Part shown: positions 22,184 to 30,544 of the stretch, one piece after another
Position numbering within the stretch: the stretch's first letter is position 1
Layout of the letters: each line of letters starts with the position of its first letter
DNA from: an uncultured delta proteobacterium
Lineage (GTDB): Bacteria; Desulfobacterota; Zymogenia; Zymogenales; Zymogenaceae
Assembly (NCBI GenBank): GCA_963809875.1
Contig: CAWELC010000005.1
Span: 152,836 to 216,835 of the forward strand
Length of the DNA: 64,000 bases
Reading direction: 5' to 3'
Position numbers and translations under genes: made by a program
The notes under the pieces: generated by a model
The model's input: the letters and a program-made list of their open reading frames with translations, nothing else
The model's database searches: none
What the model was told of the DNA's origin: nothing

Positions 22184-23050
22184 ATGCACAGGAAAGACTT
22201 TAAATCAAGAGACGAGCTGCTGGACTTTCTTGACGACAAGGCAGAATGGCTCAGGAAGGAGATAGTTCGCCTGTCATCCATCGCCGGGGGCTCGCACCTC
22301 GGAGGCGGGCTCTCTATGGCCGATATCATCGTGGCGGTTTACTACTACGCCATGAATCTCAAGCCCGGCGACCCCTCCTGGGAGGACCGGGACCGCTTTG
22401 TCCTGTCCAAGGGGCACGGCGCCATCGCCTACTGCCCGGTCCTGGCAGATCAGGGCTTTTTCTCACGGGACTTGCTCAATACCTTCAATAACCTGGACAG
22501 CCCCTTTGGGATGCACCCGGACATGAAGAAGATCCCCGGGTGTGACATGAGCACCGGGTCGCTTGGTCACGGGCTTTCCGTGGCTGTCGGGATGGGGCTT
22601 GCCGCGCGGATGGATAAAAAGAGCTGGCGGATTTTCGTCCTCATGGGAGACGGCGAGATCAACGAGGGGATGGTCTGGGAGGCGGCGCCGGCAGCGTCCC
22701 ACTTCAAACTGGGCAACATCGTGGCGATCATCGATCGCAACAGCCTCTCGCTGGACGGGCCTACCGAAGAGATCATGGCCATCGAGCCGATTGCCAGGCG
22801 GTGGGAGGCCTTCGGGTGGCGGGTCTTCGACATCGATGGGCACGACATGGGGGCCCTCGTGGATACGCTCGGCACAATCCCGCCGCCCTCGGACCTCACG
22901 CCCACCCTCATCGTCGCCCGGACGGTGAAGGGAAAGGGGGTCGATTTCATGGAGAACAACCCCATCTGGCACTACGCGGGGCTGGATAAGGCCAAGTCGC
23001 AGGAAGCCCTGACCTGCATCGGCAACTGCCGGCCCAAGAGGAGGACGTGA
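22184..23050 (+). CDS. Transketolase, N-terminal (TPP-binding) subunit
   Basis: Start MHRKDF at 22184 follows AGGAGG. GDGE..NEG thiamine-diphosphate motif. About 290 aa, as expected for the split transketolase A subunit. Confidence 0.8.
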   Translation: MHRKDFKSRDELLDFLDDKAEWLRKEIVRLSSIAGGSHLGGGLSMADIIVAVYYYAMNLKPGDPSWEDRDRFVLSKGHGAIAYCPVLADQGFFSRDLLNTFNNLDSPFGMHPDMKKIPGCDMSTGSLGHGLSVAVGMGLAARMDKKSWRIFVLMGDGEINEGMVWEAAPAASHFKLGNIVAIIDRNSLSLDGPTEEIMAIEPIARRWEAFGWRVFDIDGHDMGALVDTLGTIPPPSDLTPTLIVARTVKGKGVDFMENNPIWHYAGLDKAKSQEALTCIGNCRPKRRT

Positions 23051-23051
23051 G

Positions 23052-24047
23052 ATGGCCGAAGACGTACAAAAATCGATCGTTCTGGACTTCACCTACACCA
23101 CCGACACGTACGACCAGTTCACCCAGGCCGAAGTCTACGGCAAGGTGATCACGAAGATGGCCGAGACAAACAATAACATCGTCGTGCTCACCTCCGACAT
23201 GACCCGGTCAAACAAGACGGGGGACTTCAAGAAGACCTTCCCCGAGCGCTTCTTCAACTTCGGTATTGCCGAGGCCAATATGTTCGCGGCTTCCGCCGGC
23301 ATGGCCACTTGCGGCAAGATACCGTTTGTCACCACGTTTGCGGTCTTCGCCTCGCTCAGGTGCGCAGAGATGATCAGGACCGATATCGCCTACCCCAATC
23401 TGCCGGTGAGGATTATCGCCACGCACGCGGGCCTATCGCAGGGAAACGGCGGCACAACCCACCACTCCACTGAGGACATCGCGATACTGAGATCCATGGC
23501 AAACATGACGGTCATCGTCCCCGCCGACTCCATCGAGACCGGAAAAGCGGTGGCGGCAACCGCAAAGGTGGCAGGACCCGTCTACATCCGCATCGGAAGG
23601 GCCCTGGAACCGATGGCCTACGCCGATGACAACTATGACTATACAATCGGCAAGGCCGTCGTCATGCGGAACTACGGGAAAGACGCGGCCGTTATCGCCT
23701 GCGGAGTGGCGGTGAAAGCGGCCGTAGATGCGGCCGACGAGCTGAAGGACAAGGGCGTCAAGATCAGGGTCATCAACATGCACACGATAAAGCCGCTCGA
23801 TATAGACCAGCTTATGAAGGCGGCCAAGGATACCGGAAAGATCGTCACCGCCGAGGAACACAGCATCGTCGGCGGGCTGGCCGGAGCGGTCTGTGAGGCG
23901 CTGACGGAGGCGGGGGTGGCGGTAAAGTTCAAGAGGCTGGGCGTGCCGGATATCTTTTCGGCGATCGGCTACCCGGATGAGCTCTACGCACGATACAAGA
24001 TCAATAAGGACGGGATCGCCGAGACGGTAAGAAACATGGTGAAGTGA
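23052..24047 (+). CDS. Transketolase, C-terminal (pyrimidine-binding/C-terminal domain) subunit
   Basis: 331 aa. It starts 1 nt after the upstream stop and is homologous to the Tkt middle and C-terminal domains. Confidence 0.8.
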   Translation: MAEDVQKSIVLDFTYTTDTYDQFTQAEVYGKVITKMAETNNNIVVLTSDMTRSNKTGDFKKTFPERFFNFGIAEANMFAASAGMATCGKIPFVTTFAVFASLRCAEMIRTDIAYPNLPVRIIATHAGLSQGNGGTTHHSTEDIAILRSMANMTVIVPADSIETGKAVAATAKVAGPVYIRIGRALEPMAYADDNYDYTIGKAVVMRNYGKDAAVIACGVAVKAAVDAADELKDKGVKIRVINMHTIKPLDIDQLMKAAKDTGKIVTAEEHSIVGGLAGAVCEALTEAGVAVKFKRLGVPDIFSAIGYPDELYARYKINKDGIAETVRNMVK

Positions 24048-24058
24048 GTCTCAGGGTT

Positions 24059-24084
24059 GGAAGACGCGGCGTGCCGCGTCTTCC
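24059..24084 (+). terminator. Candidate intrinsic terminator (GGAAGACGCGGC / GCCGCGTCTTCC stem) after the transketolase genes
   Basis: A perfect 11-12-bp inverted repeat sits 12 nt after the stop. The downstream U-tract is weak (AATAAATT), so confidence is modest. Confidence 0.35.
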
Positions 24085-24171
24085 AATAAATTCCCGCACG
24101 TACTTCTTTCGGGTGTCGCTCGCTCATGAATCGTTGGCGGGGGGAGAATAAACGGTGAGTAACTCCACGTG

Positions 24172-25746
24172 CTAAACGCTCTTCAGGGAATTGCGGTATC
24201 TTTCGACCGCGTCCATGGGGGCACCATCAAATTTCAGTGCTCCCTGATCTATCCATAGCGCTCGCGTGCAGACCTGCTGTACGAAATTCATGTCGTGAGT
24301 TACCACGATTACCGCTTCGGCAAAGTTCACTAATTCCTGTATCCTCGTTACCGCGGCCTCATAAAAGGTTATATCGCCTACGCCCAGCGCTTCGTCTATT
24401 ATCAGGAAATCAGGTTGGATCATCGAAGCGATACTGAACCCCAGCCTTGATTTCATACCACTTGAGAAGTTCTTTATCGGCTCATGTATGAATTTCTTTA
24501 GACCCGAAAATTCAACGATTCCGGGATACATTTCCGTTAGCACCTTCCTGGGAATTCCCAGAATCATACCATTAAGAAAGATATTGTCGTTTGCGGTCAA
24601 TTGAGGATTGAACCCCGTTCCATAACCGAGCAGCGCGTTGACTTCACCCTTCATCCATATGGATCCGCCGTCAGGTTTGAATATCCCGTTGATCACTTTG
24701 CAGAGGGTCGTTTTCCCTGAGCCGTTGCGCCCTATTATCCCGATGATTTCGCCCCTTCGCACCTCGAACGTTACATTCTTCAAAGCCCAGAAGATCTTCT
24801 TTCTCCTATCGAAGAAGGTCTTGTATTTTTCCAGCCCATGATACTTCTTTCTCGGTCTGGATAGATGGAACGCTAATGACACATTCTTGGCCGAGAGAAT
24901 CGTTTCTCCTGTTGAGGTCTTCTTTGTCTTGCTGAAAAGAAGCTTCTTCTTTGGAGTGATCTTCTGGAATTTCTCCCTGTATTCTTTCACTATCTGCGCC
25001 GGGGATCCGGCCGAAAAAACCCTCCCGTCTTCAATCCACAGGGTGCGGGTACAAAACCGTTCGACAAAACCCATGTTGTGCGTAACAACGATGACCGTCT
25101 TTGACCTCCCGATGATCTCTTTCATTCTCTTGCCGGCTCTTTCGCTGAATTCAAGATCTCCGGCACCTAATACCTCGTCGATAACAAGGATGTCCGGTTC
25201 GATGGATGATGCAATGCTAAAGCTCAATCGTGACTTCATTCCGGTTGAATAGTACTTCAGCGGTTGATCGATGAAACCGCCGATACCGGAGAACCGTATT
25301 ATGCCCGAAGCGAGCGCGCGGGTCTCTTGCTTCGAAAAACCGAGCATCATCCCGTTCAAAAAGATATTTTCTCTCCCGGTAAGCTCCGGATTAAAACCGG
25401 CACCCAGAGAGAGAAGTGCCGATACGGAACCCTTGACGACAATATCGCCCTCATCCGGCCTCAGCAGTCCCGATAAGACCCTGCACAGTGTTGTCTTACC
25501 AGCCCCATTTCGACCGATGATTCCCAGAATCTCTCCCTCGGTGCAGCAGAAACCGAGGTCACGGAGGGCCCAGAATTCACTTTTCCTGTTTCTTTTGAGC
25601 AGCACGTTATACGTGAAAGACTGAAGATCTTCCCGTCTGTTTCCGATAAGATACTTCACTCCTATATTTGACGCTTCTATGGAATAGGGGCGGTGGAGCG
25701 CCCGTTCCTCCGGACATTGAATGTTATCTTGCTTCGATACAATCAT
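24172..25746 (-). CDS. ABC transporter ATP-binding protein with two tandem nucleotide-binding domains (polysaccharide/O-antigen export type, Wzt/TagH/KpsT-like)
   Basis: 524 aa. Two Walker A motifs (GRNGAGKTT and GRNGSGKTT), two ABC signatures (YSTGMKSRL and FSSGMKSRL) and two Walker B motifs (ILVIDEV and FLIIDEA). Confidence 0.75.
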   Translation of the reverse strand: MIVSKQDNIQCPEERALHRPYSIEASNIGVKYLIGNRREDLQSFTYNVLLKRNRKSEFWALRDLGFCCTEGEILGIIGRNGAGKTTLCRVLSGLLRPDEGDIVVKGSVSALLSLGAGFNPELTGRENIFLNGMMLGFSKQETRALASGIIRFSGIGGFIDQPLKYYSTGMKSRLSFSIASSIEPDILVIDEVLGAGDLEFSERAGKRMKEIIGRSKTVIVVTHNMGFVERFCTRTLWIEDGRVFSAGSPAQIVKEYREKFQKITPKKKLLFSKTKKTSTGETILSAKNVSLAFHLSRPRKKYHGLEKYKTFFDRRKKIFWALKNVTFEVRRGEIIGIIGRNGSGKTTLCKVINGIFKPDGGSIWMKGEVNALLGYGTGFNPQLTANDNIFLNGMILGIPRKVLTEMYPGIVEFSGLKKFIHEPIKNFSSGMKSRLGFSIASMIQPDFLIIDEALGVGDITFYEAAVTRIQELVNFAEAVIVVTHDMNFVQQVCTRALWIDQGALKFDGAPMDAVERYRNSLKSV

Positions 25747-25751
25747 GGTTT

Positions 25752-26537
25752 TTACAGCAGTTTGATAATTTTATGCTCGTTTCTACTGTAGTAGAATAGC
25801 ACAAGAACCGATATCAATAGGGAAAGAGAGCCTATTGATAATAGTGCGACGAAATCCGGTGCGTGATTATGCAGGAATATATCGCGGTAACTTCCCAGAA
25901 AGTGTGTCACGGGATTGAGTTCTATCAACCACCGGAGTCTTTTCGGAAAGGAGTCCTCAAGCCATATCACGGGAGAAGCGAAGAACCACAGTCTCATGAT
26001 ATGCCTGACTATGTTGTCAAAATCCCTTACCTTGACGCCGAGAAACGCCAGGGGAAATGATATCGCCGTCATGAAAAAGAGCTGCATAGCCATGACAAAC
26101 GGAAGCCAGAAAAGGTTCGGTCCGGGGAGTATCTTGAAGAATATCAGGAAGAGAGAGATGATCACGAGTCCGAAACCGAAATTGATCAATTGGGATAACG
26201 TGGCGCCGATGGGAAACAGTATCTTCGGCAGATAGATCTGCGTTATGAGCCCGGCTTCACTGTGTATGGAGCGCTCGGAGGTGCTCACGGTTGAATCAAA
26301 CCAGCGCCACACGACCATTCCGACTACCAGATAGCTCCCGTAGTCGCTGCCGCCCCTCTTGAACACTACCGAAACCAGAAAGTAGTAGATCGCAATGCCG
26401 AGCAGAGGGTCCAGGAGCCACCAGAAATATCCCAGGAAGGTGTTCCTGTGCTGCGCTTTGAGATTTGAGACGACCAGATACAGGAGGAGGTCTTTCCTCT
26501 TATAGAGGTTCCTACAGTACGTGGCGATGTCACCCAT
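25752..26537 (-). CDS. ABC-2 type transporter permease (Wzm/KpsM-like)
   Basis: 261 aa with 6 predicted TM helices. ABC-2 N-terminal pattern (LLYLVVSNLKAQHRNTFLGYFW). It lies directly upstream of the ATPase gene. Confidence 0.75.
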   Translation of the reverse strand: MGDIATYCRNLYKRKDLLLYLVVSNLKAQHRNTFLGYFWWLLDPLLGIAIYYFLVSVVFKRGGSDYGSYLVVGMVVWRWFDSTVSTSERSIHSEAGLITQIYLPKILFPIGATLSQLINFGFGLVIISLFLIFFKILPGPNLFWLPFVMAMQLFFMTAISFPLAFLGVKVRDFDNIVRHIMRLWFFASPVIWLEDSFPKRLRWLIELNPVTHFLGSYRDIFLHNHAPDFVALLSIGSLSLLISVLVLFYYSRNEHKIIKLL

Positions 26538-26620
26538 TTCGGGCTATTTCCTCAGTGTATTCATTTTGCATGGATGAGCAGGGCCAGTCCCTGCTCCTTC
26601 GCTTATACGCATGCACGAAA

Positions 26621-27307
26621 TTAGTCGAAAAAGCGAAACCATAGAATGGAGATTACGGCCGTAATGCCGTCAATCCAGGTGATCTTTTTCCCTTCCTTAT
26701 ATCCGCGGCCGGAATATCTGATGGGTACTTCACAAATGCGGAACTTTTTCTTCGCGATCTTTGCTGTGAATTCCGGCTCAAAACCAAACCTATTTGATTT
26801 CAGCTCTAATTGGGCAATGACATCCCTCTTGAAAACCTTATAGCATGTCTCCATGTCGGTAAGGTCGATATCGTTTAATGCGTTCGATAATAGAGTCAAA
26901 AACCGATTGCCTACCATATTCCAGAAGAACATGACCCTGCGAGGTCTCCCCGAAAACCTCGACCCATATACGACATCGGCGACGCCGTCCAGTATCGGCC
27001 GCACAAGCTCTGGGTAATCCTGCGGGTCATATTCAAGATCTGCGTCTTGTATGATGATTATATCCCCGGCTGCAATGGCAAATCCGCTTCGTAACGCCGC
27101 ACCCTTGCCTTGATTATGATCATGGTATATCGCTTTTATGTTATCCCTCGTTTTTTCTATTTCCTGTATTTTCTCACGACTTCCGTCTTTCGAAAAGTCA
27201 TCTATAATAATGATCTCTTTATCGATTTGTGCTGCCTGCACCTTTGCGATGATCCGCTCAATAGTCGCTGCTTCGTTATAAACCGGCATAATTACTGAAA
27301 TTTTCAC
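26621..27307 (-). CDS. GT2 family polyprenyl-phosphate glycosyltransferase (DPM1/ArnC-like)
   Basis: 228 aa. SVIMPVYNE, IIIDD(F)S.DGS and QDADLE (DxD) motifs. Confidence 0.75.
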   Translation of the reverse strand: MKISVIMPVYNEAATIERIIAKVQAAQIDKEIIIIDDFSKDGSREKIQEIEKTRDNIKAIYHDHNQGKGAALRSGFAIAAGDIIIIQDADLEYDPQDYPELVRPILDGVADVVYGSRFSGRPRRVMFFWNMVGNRFLTLLSNALNDIDLTDMETCYKVFKRDVIAQLELKSNRFGFEPEFTAKIAKKKFRICEVPIRYSGRGYKEGKKITWIDGITAVISILWFRFFD

Positions 27308-27405
27308 TATACATCCTTAAGACCACAGACCAACTCCTCGGTCAAGTCAGCGGCACGGCCATTCATGGTCCTTGGCCCGCGCCATCGTTACGAAAATGAG
27401 GTTTT

Positions 27406-29643
27406 CTATTCCTTTCCTCTCATATTGTAGAGAACTACACCGGCCCCGGTCGAGGAAAACGAATCCAATTTTATTTCATTTCTTTCTAGCTCAGCGAGGA
27501 TGGTATCGATGTGAAACTCCTTACTGCTCTTTCCCTTGAAAACGTGCGAATAGACCAGCCATACCCTTTCACGCCCCCGTGTCTTCTTATATATATCTTT
27601 GGCATAGTCCTGAGGGTTCTTTTTCGCATATATGCCTTTCACATATTCCATGTCCTCTAAAGAGAATCTCTTAAGGTAATAACTGTAGGCCCGTCCCGAA
27701 TTATGAAAGCAGTAGACCAGATCGCCCTCCCTCCTATTCTCCGAGATATACTTCAGGACCGGCTTGATTTCCTCGGGATCGAGCAGGACGGGCCTAAAGA
27801 AGGCGACGGAGCCGTCGGGCACGGGTGCGAACAATAATAGGATGAGAAACAGCCCGAAGATCATCGTCGACGTCCTCTTCTGTAATATTTCGACTATCGT
27901 CCAGAGCCCGTCTACTAAGACGAGGATTGCGATTGGGAGTATGAATAGTATGAGCCTCTGATAAAAGGGATACAAATGGAGCGCGGACAGCAATAGAGTT
28001 ACGATAATAGGCGAGAGCAAAAGGAGCGCCTTCCTCTTGTCGGCAACGAGGAGGGATGCTATACCGCTCAGGGAAACAGCCATCCAGAGCACGGGATAGG
28101 CGAGATGGAGGGAGAATTCAGAAGCAAAGACGTCATAAAATGAATTGAGGTACCATTTCGCATTTTCGAGAGAGACAGGTGCGGGCGCGAAATATTCCGC
28201 CCAGTATTTCTTCAAGAAGTCGTTTCCTGTGCCATATTTCAGACTTATGAAGTAGCTTAGTGCGAAGCTCATAAGACATACGAAAAGGATAATCGCCAGA
28301 GACCTAAACTGCTTACCATTCTTCTCGATGAGTGAAGACAGCATTAAGGTGGCGCCTACACCGGCCAGAACGAAGACGACGGGATGTGAAAACCAGATAA
28401 TCGTTGCCCCACAAACCGACAAAATGGCAACTGTCTTTGCCGTATAGGCTTTGTTTGAGTAATGGAAGAATATTAGATACATGAGGATAACTGCAAAGAC
28501 GTCCCCGGTATACTGCTTCACTACCGACGAGTAGTAGATCAATGATGGGGTTATTGAGAAGAGCAAGAGGCTTATCGGAACGGCCGGGGGCTTGAGTACC
28601 TGTTTGGATACAGCATAAAAGAGAGGGACCGAGGCAATGCTACAGATCAGTGGGAACAGACGCAAAGAATAGTCGCTGTCACCGAAGATACAGGTCATGG
28701 CTTTGAGGGATACGAGAAATCCGATGGGGGCAACTTGGCTGTAATTCAAAGGGCCGAAGAGGTCCAACAGATTGTACCTGAGTATATTTCCAGCAAGGGC
28801 CAGTTCGTCAAGCCATAGGGACCGATCATACTGGTACTGGTAGAGCCGAAATAGGATGCCAAGGGTTACTATGAACCAGATGAATGACTTAGACGCGTAC
28901 AGTCTCTTTGGAAAATCAACGAAGCTTTGGGAAAAACGCGGAATGGTTTTTCCGTCCGTCGATCTCTGACTTCCTCGTGAAGTCCTTAACTCTGAAAGCG
29001 TCATGCAGAGGAGCACGGAGAAAATGAACGAAAGCCCGATGAGATAGAATCGACCTATTCTGTTGCCTGATTCAATACTACCAATGAGGTTGCCGGACAG
29101 TTCAAAATGTGGATCGGTCCCCGTTGAAATGAGATACATTGCCTCATCTCGAAGATCCGGACCATTAATCTCGCTGGCCGATGTAATATTCCCGGTCAGT
29201 TCTCCGGCGCTGATAAAAGTGTATTCACTCCTGAGCCGGCTCTTCACCGTGATCTTCTTTATCGCGATGAGACCCTCGTGATGCCCCGGATCTATTCTGA
29301 TAGATTTAAGTTTCTTTGAAGGTAAATCAAAGACCAGTTCGGAAAATTCCCCGGGCTCATTGTACCGGCATTTTATGGAGTCTTTCTCGTTATAGCCCTT
29401 TCCGATGCTGTAATAAACCTGATAGGTGTCCGATACGGGTCCCTTTACGGTGATAGTGAGCGTTATAGGGGAATGGAAGTCTTTAAAGAGGAATAGTAGA
29501 GAAAAAAGTATGAAAAGAAGGAGTGGCGCTAAATAAACATAACCGTTCTTGAAGTATCGAATAATACCCTTTCTTATGGCCGATCGCACCTCTATATCGA
29601 AAAAATCGCCTTTATCTACCATATCTGCCGGGAGCATCTTCAA
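27406..29643 (-). CDS. Large polytopic membrane protein, GT-C-like (GT39/ArnT/PMT-like) glycosyltransferase candidate
   Basis: 745 aa. A central region of about 11 TM helices has a DE-containing first loop (WLDELA), as in ArnT/PMT-type transferases. It pairs with the adjacent DPM1-like GT2. The N- and C-terminal soluble extensions are not assigned. Confidence 0.5.
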   Translation of the reverse strand: MKMLPADMVDKGDFFDIEVRSAIRKGIIRYFKNGYVYLAPLLLFILFSLLFLFKDFHSPITLTITVKGPVSDTYQVYYSIGKGYNEKDSIKCRYNEPGEFSELVFDLPSKKLKSIRIDPGHHEGLIAIKKITVKSRLRSEYTFISAGELTGNITSASEINGPDLRDEAMYLISTGTDPHFELSGNLIGSIESGNRIGRFYLIGLSFIFSVLLCMTLSELRTSRGSQRSTDGKTIPRFSQSFVDFPKRLYASKSFIWFIVTLGILFRLYQYQYDRSLWLDELALAGNILRYNLLDLFGPLNYSQVAPIGFLVSLKAMTCIFGDSDYSLRLFPLICSIASVPLFYAVSKQVLKPPAVPISLLLFSITPSLIYYSSVVKQYTGDVFAVILMYLIFFHYSNKAYTAKTVAILSVCGATIIWFSHPVVFVLAGVGATLMLSSLIEKNGKQFRSLAIILFVCLMSFALSYFISLKYGTGNDFLKKYWAEYFAPAPVSLENAKWYLNSFYDVFASEFSLHLAYPVLWMAVSLSGIASLLVADKRKALLLLSPIIVTLLLSALHLYPFYQRLILFILPIAILVLVDGLWTIVEILQKRTSTMIFGLFLILLLFAPVPDGSVAFFRPVLLDPEEIKPVLKYISENRREGDLVYCFHNSGRAYSYYLKRFSLEDMEYVKGIYAKKNPQDYAKDIYKKTRGRERVWLVYSHVFKGKSSKEFHIDTILAELERNEIKLDSFSSTGAGVVLYNMRGKE

Positions 29644-29806
29644 GTTTTGTTTTTCTCAGCCTTGGGGCATATCGGATTATGGGAAGCGTTGTAACACAGC
29701 CGTCCTTCAGCGCGCAAGCGAATAACGCAATTCGCACTTTTTGGAGTGGTCTTAAAGCATCTTAAGTTGATCTGCAAAGGCTTAATCAGTACACGGGTCT
29801 ACACGC

Positions 29807-30508
29807 TTACGTACCGACTCCTCGTTTTTGAGCATAGCCCCAATTGTTCTTTATCTCACAATTTGTGTACCCGGGGTGTGCTGCAACAAGTAGTTCAAAA
29901 ACTTTCAGTACTTGGGGAGTTTCGCGATAGTCGGCCGGCATCTTCGTTACATGCGGTTTGTCTTTAAGAGCTTTGCTTGTGGAATATGACCAGTTGATAT
30001 CATCGAAAATGAGCCAGCCTCCGTCCTTCAGAAATCTATCCACCAGGAAAAAAGCGAAGCCGGTTACGTCCCACGTATGCCCCCCGTCAAGATAAGCGAG
30101 ATCGAACTCTTTGTCCATGCCTTCCTCAAGCCAACGCATAAGTCGCCACGTAAAAGAGCAAGGTTCTCTGATCAGCTCAACCATGTGTGCCAGATTGCAT
30201 TGGTCAAGCAGTTCCTCAGCTTTCGGCGACCGGTCATGAGAGCTTTCAAGATCTATTGAAACAACACGATTGCCACCAGCTTCCTGCATCGCTCCTGCCA
30301 TATAGCACGTGGATACACCATGGGCAAAGCCCAGCTCAAGAATTTTCCTTGGACGATGCGTCAAGATAAAATCCGTCATTCGCTGTGCCTGCTCTATACG
30401 CATGAAAGGAGTATCGCGAACGACGGCTTTAATGTCATTGATCTTCATGTCGTCCCCACAGCCAACTTTGGGTCTTCTCTTCAGGGAAGCCACAAGCACG
30501 TATTTCAA
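29807..30508 (-). CDS. Class I SAM-dependent methyltransferase
   Basis: Rossmann-like motif ILELGFAHGVST and an acidic residue after beta-2 (VSIDLE). The true start is possibly MKINDIK at 30448. Confidence 0.6.
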   Translation of the reverse strand: MKYVLVASLKRRPKVGCGDDMKINDIKAVVRDTPFMRIEQAQRMTDFILTHRPRKILELGFAHGVSTCYMAGAMQEAGGNRVVSIDLESSHDRSPKAEELLDQCNLAHMVELIREPCSFTWRLMRWLEEGMDKEFDLAYLDGGHTWDVTGFAFFLVDRFLKDGGWLIFDDINWSYSTSKALKDKPHVTKMPADYRETPQVLKVFELLVAAHPGYTNCEIKNNWGYAQKRGVGT

Positions 30509-30544
30509 GAACTTAACACGGTCCGTAAGAACAACTATCCAGGA

